64,000 bases of DNA from Acidimicrobiia bacterium (GTDB lineage Bacteria; Actinomycetota; Acidimicrobiia; Spongiisociales; ZC4RG35). Made by a program: the position numbers and the translations under genes. This document shows positions 56,608 through 64,000 of the stretch, in pieces (the first letter of the stretch is position 1; every line of letters begins with the position of its first letter). The notes under the pieces were generated by a model, which made no database searches, had not been told where the DNA came from, and saw only the letters and a list, made by a program, of their open reading frames with translations. The DNA lies in the NCBI GenBank assembly GCA_965203555.1, contig CBDBCY010000004.1:544001-608000 (forward strand), read 5' to 3'.

Positions 56608-57777
56608 ATGCGGCGTTTGTATCTTTATGATCGCCCGGGATGGCCAAACCTTCGGTGGGACTCCGCCCGGATAACCGAACAACTGGCCGCAGTGCGATAT
56701 GCACAGGGTCGGCTGGTTGGTCGGATGGGCGGTCTCGGTTTCGACCTCCAGCAGGAAGCGGTTCTTGAAACCCTGGTCCAAGATGTGCATAAGACCAGCG
56801 ACATCGAGGGGGAGCGTCTTGACCTTCGCCAGGTCCGTTCCTCGGTTGCCAGTCGTCTCGGTATGGACGTCGGCGGCTCGCGTCATGTGGAGGAGCGGGT
56901 GAAGGGCGTTGTTGCGATGATGATGGACGCCACCGCCAACTACGACCAGTCCCTGACCCCACTGCGGCTGTGGGGATGGCAGGCCGCGTTGTTTCCGTCC
57001 GGCCGCAGTGGCCTGGAACGGATCATCGTGGGCGCCTGGCGGGACGACCGCGCCGGACCCACGCAGGTCGTCTCCGGACCCATGGGTCGGGAACGGGTAC
57101 ATTACCACGCGCCTGCCGCCGATCGTCTCGAACACGAGATGGGGCTGTTCCTCGACTGGTTCAACACCGACACGAACACCGATTGGGCGGCCAAAGCCGG
57201 TGTGGCGCATCTGTGGTTCGTTACCATTCACCCCTTCGACGACGGCAACGGGCGTATCGCCAGGGCAATCGCCGACATGGCTCTGGCCCGCTCAGAGAAA
57301 AGTTCACAGCGGTACTACAGCATGTCATCACAAATCCGCACAGAACGCCGCGACTACTACCGCATCCTGGAAACCACCGAAACAGGAACCACAGACATCA
57401 CCGAGTGGATGCTCTGGTTCCTGGGCTGCCTGGGCCGGGCAATCGACACAGCAGAAACCACCCTGGACATGGTGCTCACCAAAGCAACCTTCTGGCGAAA
57501 CGTCCAGACCATCTCCCTCAACAGCCGCCAACGGCAGATACTGAGCCGTCTCCTGGACGGCTTCTACGGGAAACTCACCACCTCCAAATGGGCGAAACTG
57601 GCCAAATGCTCCCAGGACACAGCCCTCCGCGACATCACCGGCCTCATCAACCAAGGAATCCTGGTCCGTGGTCCCGCCGGCGGACGCAGCACCAGCTACG
57701 AACTGGAACCCGACAACCTCCGCGACAAGCCAACCCGTGACCAGCACGTCAGCCCCGGACGGTCGCTGAACCCCTGA
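56608..57777 (+). CDS. Fic-family protein (DUF4172 + Fic + wHTH)
   Basis: WPNLRWD, TSDIEGE, HPFDDGNGRIAR, KCSQDTALRDI. Confidence 0.93.
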   Translation: MRRLYLYDRPGWPNLRWDSARITEQLAAVRYAQGRLVGRMGGLGFDLQQEAVLETLVQDVHKTSDIEGERLDLRQVRSSVASRLGMDVGGSRHVEERVKGVVAMMMDATANYDQSLTPLRLWGWQAALFPSGRSGLERIIVGAWRDDRAGPTQVVSGPMGRERVHYHAPAADRLEHEMGLFLDWFNTDTNTDWAAKAGVAHLWFVTIHPFDDGNGRIARAIADMALARSEKSSQRYYSMSSQIRTERRDYYRILETTETGTTDITEWMLWFLGCLGRAIDTAETTLDMVLTKATFWRNVQTISLNSRQRQILSRLLDGFYGKLTTSKWAKLAKCSQDTALRDITGLINQGILVRGPAGGRSTSYELEPDNLRDKPTRDQHVSPGRSLNP

Positions 57778-57805
57778 CACAACACCAAAGAGCGAAAACA
57801 ACACC

Positions 57806-57854
57806 TGAACCGCTCCGAGCACACCCAAGTCTCCCGGGAAACCCCGGCGATTCA
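57806..57854. mobile_element. Collapsed IS3-family (IS6110-like) end pair
   Basis: TGAACCGCTCCG ... GTCTCCCGGGAAACCCCGGCGATTCA, with no internal ORF. Confidence 0.5.
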
Positions 57855-57889
57855 CTCCGATCCATCAGCGATCCCAACAGTTGCTGGTT

Positions 57890-58140
57890 TACGGGGAAGT
57901 GACGGCTGCGAGGAGCTGCTATTTGGCTTTCCGGCGTACAAGAGCGCTCGGGTTCGGTAGTTGGCGAAGCTCCGGAACCCGAACGCTGCTCGTTTGATCC
58001 GCTTGACGAGAATTGTTCAAAGCTTCGGTGGGTCCGTTCGTCACATTGGAACGGTGCCAGCATTCGTGATTTGGGTAGCCCAGCAAGCGATAGTACCCCC
58101 GAGACGGTTCACCTGTTGGAGGAAGCGATCGGTCCTGATG
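57890..58140 (-). mobile_element. ISL3-family transposase C-terminal fragment
   Basis: Frameshifted RLGGTI..W, TNGPTEALNN, KRIKRAAFGFRSFANYRTRALLYAGKP. Confidence 0.8.
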
Positions 58141-58239
58141 ATGATCGTCATCAGGCAAGGACAGTTGGACGCCCCCCGGGGCGCATCCACCACTACATCA
58201 TCCGGGACGTTCCATACGTGTGGGATTCTTGAACCGATC

Positions 58240-58317
58240 AGACCCGGGACCAACAGACCCGGCCCGGCCCGCTCCGTCACCGCATACGACCACTAACCCC
58301 TTGGAACTAATCATCTG
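58240..58317 (+). mobile_element. IS982-family right-end remnant
   Basis: RSVTAYDH* then CCCCTTGGAACTAATCATCT. Confidence 0.75.
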
Positions 58318-58474
58318 GAAACCGGCAGAAAAGTCGAGAACTCCCAAAGGCAGGCTCGCACTTCACCCTTTGTCCTAAGGATATGGCCTTCTACCTGGGA
58401 GAACAGTACGCTATGAATCCTCGGGAAACCGTCAGGAGCCTTAAGGAAGGTAAACAGGGAAAACCGGTGGTTTG

Positions 58475-58548
58475 TGGAGGTGACGGGATTTGAACCCGTG
58501 GCCCCTTCGTTGCGAACGAAGTGCTCTGCCTGGCTGAGCTACACCCCC
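58475..58548 (-). tRNA. tRNA-Ala(CGC)
   Basis: GGGGGTG/CACCTCC acceptor with G3:U70, CTTCG-TTCGCAA-CGAAG, GGTTCAAATCC. Confidence 0.95.
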
Positions 58549-58596
58549 GCGCCGGGAAGGCAGTTTACCAGCCCCTCCCTCTCCCATTTGGGGAGT

Positions 58597-59073
58597 TCAG
58601 CCCCCCGCCACCCGCCTGAGCGCCGGACGGGTTGCTTCGGAACGCTTGGCGGATGGGGTTCTGGTGGCGCCGCTGTCCCGCAGATGCATCGCCAGTCCGT
58701 AATAGATGATCAGCAAGGCGTCGCTGGCGGCATGAAACAGCCACCAGTTGATCGAACCGGTATACAGGGCAACTGCCGCCGACAGAACCGCCACGGCCAC
58801 CAGCACTGCTCTGACCCGGCGCCGACGGGTCGAAGCTCCCGACCGGTGCCCGCCAACAACCGGAACCGGCGCGCCGTAACCCCTTCGAGTGCCTGCCGCC
58901 GGAACCACGGTGATATCGGCGGCCGGCTTGGCGACAGACCTTGGATTGGGCGTCTTGGATCTCTTGCCGCGTACCTTCAGCGTTGAAGCATTGTGAGCGC
59001 CCGCCTTCTTAGGTATCAGAAACCATCCCCACACCACAACAATGACAAAAAGCGCGATAATCAGGGCCGCCAT
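58597..59073 (-). CDS. Membrane protein, GlpR/SepX-like by topology and position
   Basis: N-terminal TM ending WGWFLIP, disordered linker, RRRR followed by two TM helices; lies between moaC and tRNA-Ala(CGC). Confidence 0.6.
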   Translation of the reverse strand: MAALIIALFVIVVVWGWFLIPKKAGAHNASTLKVRGKRSKTPNPRSVAKPAADITVVPAAGTRRGYGAPVPVVGGHRSGASTRRRRVRAVLVAVAVLSAAVALYTGSINWWLFHAASDALLIIYYGLAMHLRDSGATRTPSAKRSEATRPALRRVAGG

Positions 59074-59221
59074 ACGGAATGCGAGTATACATCGCGGCGG
59101 GTTGGAGGGGGCTTTACCGAAAGGACACCCCAACCGTCAAAGTACGGACAAGAGGATCAGAGGATCCTTCCCGCCAAGCTCCACCGATTGGTTCAGGAAG
59201 GCCCTTGGGTCCCAGGAGGGT

Positions 59222-59698
59222 CTAGCGCTGCCACTCCCCCGACCTGCCGCCGCTTTTCTCCAACAGTTGGACCGGTCCGATCACCACACCCCGGTCGAGG
59301 CCCTTGATCATGTCGTAGAGGGCCAGCGCCGCCACCGAAACGGCCGCCATGGCTTCCATTTCCACCCCGGTGCGGGCCGTGGTTCGCACCTCGGCGGTTA
59401 TCACCATCCCGCCTTCACAGGGATCCAGGTTCACCTGGACCCCTGACAGGGGAAGGGGATGGCAGAGCGGGACGAGTTCGGCGGTCCGCTTGGCGGCCAT
59501 GATTCCGGCCAGCCTCACCACCGCCCCCACATCTCCTTTGGGAACGGTTCCCTCCACAATGGAGCGTTTCACCTCGGAACTGACCCCCACCCTGGCCTCC
59601 GCCACGGCCCGCCGCATCGTCTCGGGCTTGCCTCCCACCTCCACCATGTGCATCTCGCCCCGCTCATTCAGGTGCGAGACCGCCGCTTCCCTACTCAT
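59222..59698 (-). CDS. moaC: Cyclic pyranopterin monophosphate synthase
   Basis: SHL..GE.HMVEV, KGDV, LVPLCHP, TGVEMEA, YDMIK, KSGG. Confidence 0.95.
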   Translation of the reverse strand: MSREAAVSHLNERGEMHMVEVGGKPETMRRAVAEARVGVSSEVKRSIVEGTVPKGDVGAVVRLAGIMAAKRTAELVPLCHPLPLSGVQVNLDPCEGGMVITAEVRTTARTGVEMEAMAAVSVAALALYDMIKGLDRGVVIGPVQLLEKSGGRSGEWQR

Positions 59699-60944
59699 CG
59701 ACTTCCTCGTGCTCGCCGCGGGTTTCGGGAGATCGCAGCAGTTCGACATATACCGACTCTCCCTCTCCGATCACATCGACTCCCACTGGCACAACCGCCA
59801 TCCCATCCGCCGAAGCGGCGGCGGAGAGAACATTGGATGACTGGCCACCCGAGGAGCGGGCCACGATACGACCGTTCTCCAGGTTCACCACCACCCGAAC
59901 GAATACGGTCTTGGCCGGGTTGGTTCGGAGGGCATGTCCGGCCACCGCCGGCACCCGGGGCCGGTAGACCGCCCGCGACCCCATCATCTTCAGAAGCGAG
60001 GGGCGAACGAACTGCTCGTAGGCCACCAAGGCCGAGACGGGATTACCCGGCAGTCCGAACAGAGGAGTGCCGTTGATGTGCCCGAAGGCGAACGGCTTGG
60101 CGGGCTGCATCGCCACTTTCCACAACTCGATGTCCCCCAGGCTCGACAGGACCTGCTTCACCAGGTCGTACTCCCCCATGGAGACTCCCCCCGAGGTCAC
60201 CGTGACGTCCGCCCGGTCGGAGGCTTCCAGCAGGGCGGACCGCAGTGTATCCTCCTCGTCGGGGATGATCCCCATGTCTATGATCTCCACCCCCAACTCG
60301 GCCAGCAGGCCCTTCAACAGGGGTCGGTTGGAGTCCCGTATCCCGCCGGGGGGAAGGGTGGGACGACCCACCGGGAACAACTCGTCTCCGGTTGACAGCA
60401 CGGCTGCCCGCGCTCTTCTTCTCACCTTGGGGGCGGCTATCCCGATAGTGGCCAAAACCCCCAGGTGGACCGGGCCCAGCCGGGACCCGGCCGGCAACAC
60501 CAACTGTCCTTCCTCCAGATCGCCGCCGGCCGGTCTCACCGCGGTCCCCATTTCCACCGACGACATGATCCGAACCCGCCCGTCCGCAAGCGGCTGGGTG
60601 TCCTCCACCTTGACAACCGCTTCAGCGCCGGCCGGCATGGGCGCCCCGGTCATGATTTTGATGACTTGACCAGAGACGACCGGCCCGGAGGCAACCCGGC
60701 CTGCCGGCACGTCTTCGCTGATGATCAACTTCACCGGCGGGTGCGCCACATCCGCCACCCGCACCGCATAGCCGTCCATGGCGGAATTGGCGAAAGGCGG
60801 GACCGCATGTGGGGCCACCACGTCGGAAGCCAATGCCAGCCCCTGAGCCTGCTCCAGGGGCACCTCCATGGCAGGCAGGAGAGCCATTGCCGAGAGCACC
60901 TCCCGCCGGGCCTCCGTGAGTGGTTTCATCTCTTCGCCAGCCAT
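59691..60944 (-). CDS. moeA: Molybdopterin molybdotransferase MoeA / gephyrin-like Glp
   Basis: PPFANSAMDGYA, IMTGAPMP, STGDEL, DSN, SGGVSMG, LPGNPVS. Confidence 0.95.
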   Translation of the reverse strand: MAGEEMKPLTEARREVLSAMALLPAMEVPLEQAQGLALASDVVAPHAVPPFANSAMDGYAVRVADVAHPPVKLIISEDVPAGRVASGPVVSGQVIKIMTGAPMPAGAEAVVKVEDTQPLADGRVRIMSSVEMGTAVRPAGGDLEEGQLVLPAGSRLGPVHLGVLATIGIAAPKVRRRARAAVLSTGDELFPVGRPTLPPGGIRDSNRPLLKGLLAELGVEIIDMGIIPDEEDTLRSALLEASDRADVTVTSGGVSMGEYDLVKQVLSSLGDIELWKVAMQPAKPFAFGHINGTPLFGLPGNPVSALVAYEQFVRPSLLKMMGSRAVYRPRVPAVAGHALRTNPAKTVFVRVVVNLENGRIVARSSGGQSSNVLSAAASADGMAVVPVGVDVIGEGESVYVELLRSPETRGEHEEVDE

Positions 60945-60946
60945 GA

Positions 60947-61543
60947 TCACCCGGTGCCGGACCTTCTCTCCCTCCACGTGTCCAGGTTGGATCGATGGCG
61001 ATAGAGGATCACCACAACTATCACCACCAACCAAACCAGAGCCGGAAAACCCATACCCTGCCAGTAACTGATCGGCAGGTAAACGACCGCGGCAAGCGTG
61101 GAACCGGCCGCCGGGAATTTGGCGAGCCGGGCCACCACCACCCACAACACAGCCATCACCACCGTCACCAGCGGCAGGATGAACAGCATCGCTCCGAACA
61201 TGGTGGCCACGCCCTTGCCTCCCCGGAACCGATGGAACACCGGATAGCAGTGTCCGATGACCGCCGCCGCCCCGGCCAGCATGATCTCCCAGGAGTCCAC
61301 CGGATTGACCGCTTCCACCGCCAACCAGGCCAGATATGCGGCCACAAGTCCTTTCAGGATGTCTCCGACCAGCACCATGATCCCCGGGAACACCCCCACC
61401 ACCCGGAAAACGTTGGCGGCGCCGGGGTTGCCGCTGCCATGGGCGCGGATGTCGACGCCTCGCAGGCGGCACACGAAAATGGCAAAATCGATCGAGCCGA
61501 TCAGATAGGAGGCGACCACGGCCGCCACTACAGAAATATCCAT
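60947..61543 (-). CDS. plsY: Glycerol-3-phosphate acyltransferase
   Basis: YLIGSI, GSGNPGAAN, DILKG, GHCYP..FRGGKGVAT, HRSN. Confidence 0.95.
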   Translation of the reverse strand: MDISVVAAVVASYLIGSIDFAIFVCRLRGVDIRAHGSGNPGAANVFRVVGVFPGIMVLVGDILKGLVAAYLAWLAVEAVNPVDSWEIMLAGAAAVIGHCYPVFHRFRGGKGVATMFGAMLFILPLVTVVMAVLWVVVARLAKFPAAGSTLAAVVYLPISYWQGMGFPALVWLVVIVVVILYRHRSNLDTWRERRSGTG

Positions 61544-61628
61544 GATTGTTTACTAGTTTATGCTCCTCGCACGGTCGGAGGTATTCTGAGGTTCGGTTTC
61601 CCCGCGTCATCTAACCGAAACCCACGCT

Positions 61629-61940
61629 ATGCCCACCTACGAATACCTTTGTCGCCAGTGCGGTGACCGAATGGAGGTTTGGCAGTCTTTCAAAGACGAC
61701 CCGCTGAGTCTGCACGAGTCCTGCGGGGGGTCGCTGCGAAAGGTATTTCATGCCCGCGGGGTGGTCTTCAAAGGTCCGGGCTTCTATGTAACCGACTCCC
61801 GCAAGCCCAACCCGGCCAATCGAGGCGCCAACGGCCAGTCGTCCGAGTCATCCAGGGACGACGCGTCCGGAGACTCCAAGTCCAGCAATGAGAAGACAAA
61901 GGTGAGATCCTCGGAGAGGAAGAAGGCCTCGTCGGAGTAG
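61629..61940 (+). CDS. FmdB-family zinc-ribbon protein
   Basis: MPTYEYLC..C, FKGPGFY.TD, Ser-rich tail. Confidence 0.9.
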   Translation: MPTYEYLCRQCGDRMEVWQSFKDDPLSLHESCGGSLRKVFHARGVVFKGPGFYVTDSRKPNPANRGANGQSSESSRDDASGDSKSSNEKTKVRSSERKKASSE

Positions 61941-62048
61941 GGACAACCCCACCTCCCCGCGCCGAAGGCGGGAAATGTACCGGTGGGTCGCGAATCATTC
62001 CTGCCCCGGGGGGTGATGTCTCCGCCGGATCGCCAACCATCCTGTGGA

Positions 62049-62585
62049 ATGCTGTGGTTTACTCGCCGTTCCTACCTGAAATGGGCCGCGGCGGCGATGA
62101 TTGTCGGTGTCTCCTGGTGGATCCAACTGATGCCTGCGCCAACTACGCTGCACCCCTTCGCCGCAACTGACATCGAAGCGGGATCAGAGATCCACGACGA
62201 TCTGTTCGAGTTCCGCCGGGTACCGGTGGGGCTTCTGCCGCCCACGACCATCCAGGGGACTCTGACCGTAGCCATGGCTGCCGGAGAGCCCCTGCTTGCA
62301 TCCCTGGTCGCCGTGGATCGGGTCCCGGCGCCCGATGGCTGGTGGGCCGTGGAATTGGAGTCGCCCCCCGGTCTGACCCCAGGCAAACGGGTGATGCTGA
62401 TAGCCGGCGAGCAGGATCCGGGGTCACCGGGCCAGGCGATACCCGGCATCGTGATCAGCCCTGGCTTGGGGAGATACGAATCCGAGGATGCCACCCTGAT
62501 CGCCGTCCCGGGGCAGCATCTGTCCCGGGTCTCTTCCGCTTCTGCCTACGGCACTCTGACAGTGGCCGTGGCGCCGAACCGCTAG
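62049..62585 (+). CDS. SAF-domain (CpaB-like) membrane protein
   Basis: N-terminal TM, AATDIEAG, P.GLLP, AGEPL; usual position after FmdB. Confidence 0.65.
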   Translation: MLWFTRRSYLKWAAAAMIVGVSWWIQLMPAPTTLHPFAATDIEAGSEIHDDLFEFRRVPVGLLPPTTIQGTLTVAMAAGEPLLASLVAVDRVPAPDGWWAVELESPPGLTPGKRVMLIAGEQDPGSPGQAIPGIVISPGLGRYESEDATLIAVPGQHLSRVSSASAYGTLTVAVAPNR

Positions 62586-62596
62586 GGTGTCATCTC

Positions 62597-63370
62597 ATGG
62601 TCAACTCACTGGTATGGGGCATAATCCAGGGACTCACGGAGTTTCTTCCCGTCTCGTCCAGCGGCCACCTGGTTCTGGCCCCGGCCCTGCTGGCGGACAT
62701 GGGACTGCAGGTCGCCACCCCCACCCTGGCGGAAAGCGCCTTCCTGCATCTGGGCACCCTTGCGGCAGTGGTCTTCTACTACCGACAGGATCTGCGCAGG
62801 CTGCTCAGATTCAGGACCTGCAGAAACAGCCGCCACCTGTGGGGCCTGCTGGCGGTGGGCACCGCCCCCGCCGCTTTGGGCCTGGTGGTGGAAGACTGGG
62901 TGGAAACCGCCCAGGAAAACCCGGCGGCGGTCTCCGGCGCCCTGCTCTTCACCACCGCCGCCCTCCTTTGGGGTCAGTGGCTCGGGAAGCGGAACGGGCG
63001 CCTGGAGGAGGCCCGATGGAGTGACGGTCTGTGGGTGGGATTGGCGCAAACCCTGGCCTTCATGCCGGGAGTTTCTCGCTCGGCGGTGACCATCAGCACC
63101 GGGATGGCGCGAGGTCTCTCCCCCCGTCAGGCGACCCGGTATTCCTTCCTGCTGGCCGTTCCGGCCATCGCCGCCGCCGGCCTGCGATCTTTGACGCGGA
63201 TGGATCTGACGACCGAGACCCTGGGGCCGGCCGTGGTCGGTCTAGTGGCGGCGGCGGTAGTGGGGTATTTTGCAATAGTCGGTCTGCTGTCGGTGATCCG
63301 CCGCATCGGGTTGGCCCCGTTCGCGGCTTACACCGCCGCGGCAGCCGCGGTGGGGCTCTACGTACTCTGA
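62597..63370 (+). CDS. uppP: Undecaprenyl-diphosphate phosphatase
   Basis: QGLTEFLPVSSSGHL, HLGT, PGVSRS, SFLL. Confidence 0.95.
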   Translation: MVNSLVWGIIQGLTEFLPVSSSGHLVLAPALLADMGLQVATPTLAESAFLHLGTLAAVVFYYRQDLRRLLRFRTCRNSRHLWGLLAVGTAPAALGLVVEDWVETAQENPAAVSGALLFTTAALLWGQWLGKRNGRLEEARWSDGLWVGLAQTLAFMPGVSRSAVTISTGMARGLSPRQATRYSFLLAVPAIAAAGLRSLTRMDLTTETLGPAVVGLVAAAVVGYFAIVGLLSVIRRIGLAPFAAYTAAAAAVGLYVL

Positions 63371-63407
63371 GGACAGCGCCGAGATTCGGCCGGGCAAAAC
63401 CCGTTGT

Positions 63408-63839
63408 TCAATCGATCACATGCGGTTCGGAGGTGGACGTGACCGCCACGTCTATCCGGTCCGCGTCCGACGCCAGCCGCAGCAGGACCAGTGGCGTCGA
63501 TCCCCTCACTCGCACCGACACCGACCGGTGGTCGGGACTGACCACGATCTGGGCGGGTGCGTCCAGCAGAGACGCCTGGGGATGGCGGGAAACAAGGTTT
63601 CGCCCCAGGCGCTCGGCCCGGGCCGGATCGAGGCGGACCTGCCCGGTCCGTCGCCAATGTTCCTCGGAGATCCCCGAAGCCGCAGCCGTGGCTATCGCCT
63701 CCGCCAGCCCCGACAGGCGGGCATGCAGGGTCACCGCCGACCAAAGATCCAATCCCATTCCCCCCAGGACAAGAAGGCAGATCCCCAAACCCAGGAGCCA
63801 GATGGTGATGGAACCGTTTTGTCCCTTTGCACATGTCAT
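63408..63839 (-). CDS. TadG/TadE-like pilus pseudopilin
   Basis: G|SITIWLLGL prepilin-like N-terminus, GL.LD, A.AAA pattern. Confidence 0.7.
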   Translation of the reverse strand: MTCAKGQNGSITIWLLGLGICLLVLGGMGLDLWSAVTLHARLSGLAEAIATAAASGISEEHWRRTGQVRLDPARAERLGRNLVSRHPQASLLDAPAQIVVSPDHRSVSVRVRGSTPLVLLRLASDADRIDVAVTSTSEPHVID

Positions 63840-64000
63840 GGGGTGGAGCGATAAAGACCCACCATCTCGATTTGGGAGGCCCGGATCGTGATGCCTCCCA
63901 CCGCCCCGTAGGGAGTGACAAAGGCCGGCGCTCGGGTGACAATCACCACCTTCACCATTGTTCCCTTCACCGGAGGACCGCAACCGGACCGGGGCGGGGA
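63836..64000 (-). CDS. 3' end of a TadE-like protein (partial)
   Basis: ...VKVVIVTRAP...EMVGLYRSTP* with its stop overlapping the next ATG. Confidence 0.5.
   Translation of the reverse strand, partial: SPPRSGCGPPVKGTMVKVVIVTRAPAFVTPYGAVGGITIRASQIEMVGLYRSTP

Noticed and set aside
59691-61610. 639-aa ORF suggesting a PlsY-MoeA fusion
   Set aside because: plsY is in a different frame with its own stop at 60947; the extension is shadow sequence.
1-64000. CRISPR array, rRNA, prophage, and many long antisense ORFs (e.g. 1461-3032, 9564-11201, 23154-24407)
   Set aside because: No regular repeat-spacer pattern, rRNA or phage genes were seen; the antisense ORFs are high-GC shadows of well-supported genes.

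Overview
High-GC actinobacterial chromosome segment; the gene content and order (whiB1, DUF3107, glp-moaC-GlpR/SepX-like-tRNA-Ala, FmdB, Tad genes, HExxH lipoprotein pair) suggest Acidimicrobiia, which is an inference. Bases 1-29.8 kb are core genome: fabI, hydrolase-murF-ddl, amt, mpg, argF, pheST, infC-rpmI-rplT, an unusual membrane-anchored ribH, glnA, whiB, prs-glmU, ispE-rsmA-tatD-rsmI and four tRNAs. An accessory region follows tandem tRNA-Ser genes at about 29.8-47.4 kb. It holds a decayed IS982-family element, diverged att-like repeats, and an intact Fur-linked cluster: three PLP enzymes of different folds, an FAD amino-acid oxidoreductase, a His-rich CDF exporter, an Opp/Dpp ABC importer with a circularly permuted binding protein, and a CoA-transferase pair. 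A PspC two-component module follows, then a structured tRNA-Ser(CGA)-like non-coding element at about 51.35-51.56 kb. A second decayed accessory region (ATPase/TOPRIM-like defence remnant, broken ABC system, Fic gene, ISL3/IS3/IS982 scraps) ends at tRNA-Ala. Core genes resume at 58.5 kb. No CRISPR array or rRNA was seen. All calls come from reading motifs by eye; no database search was run.
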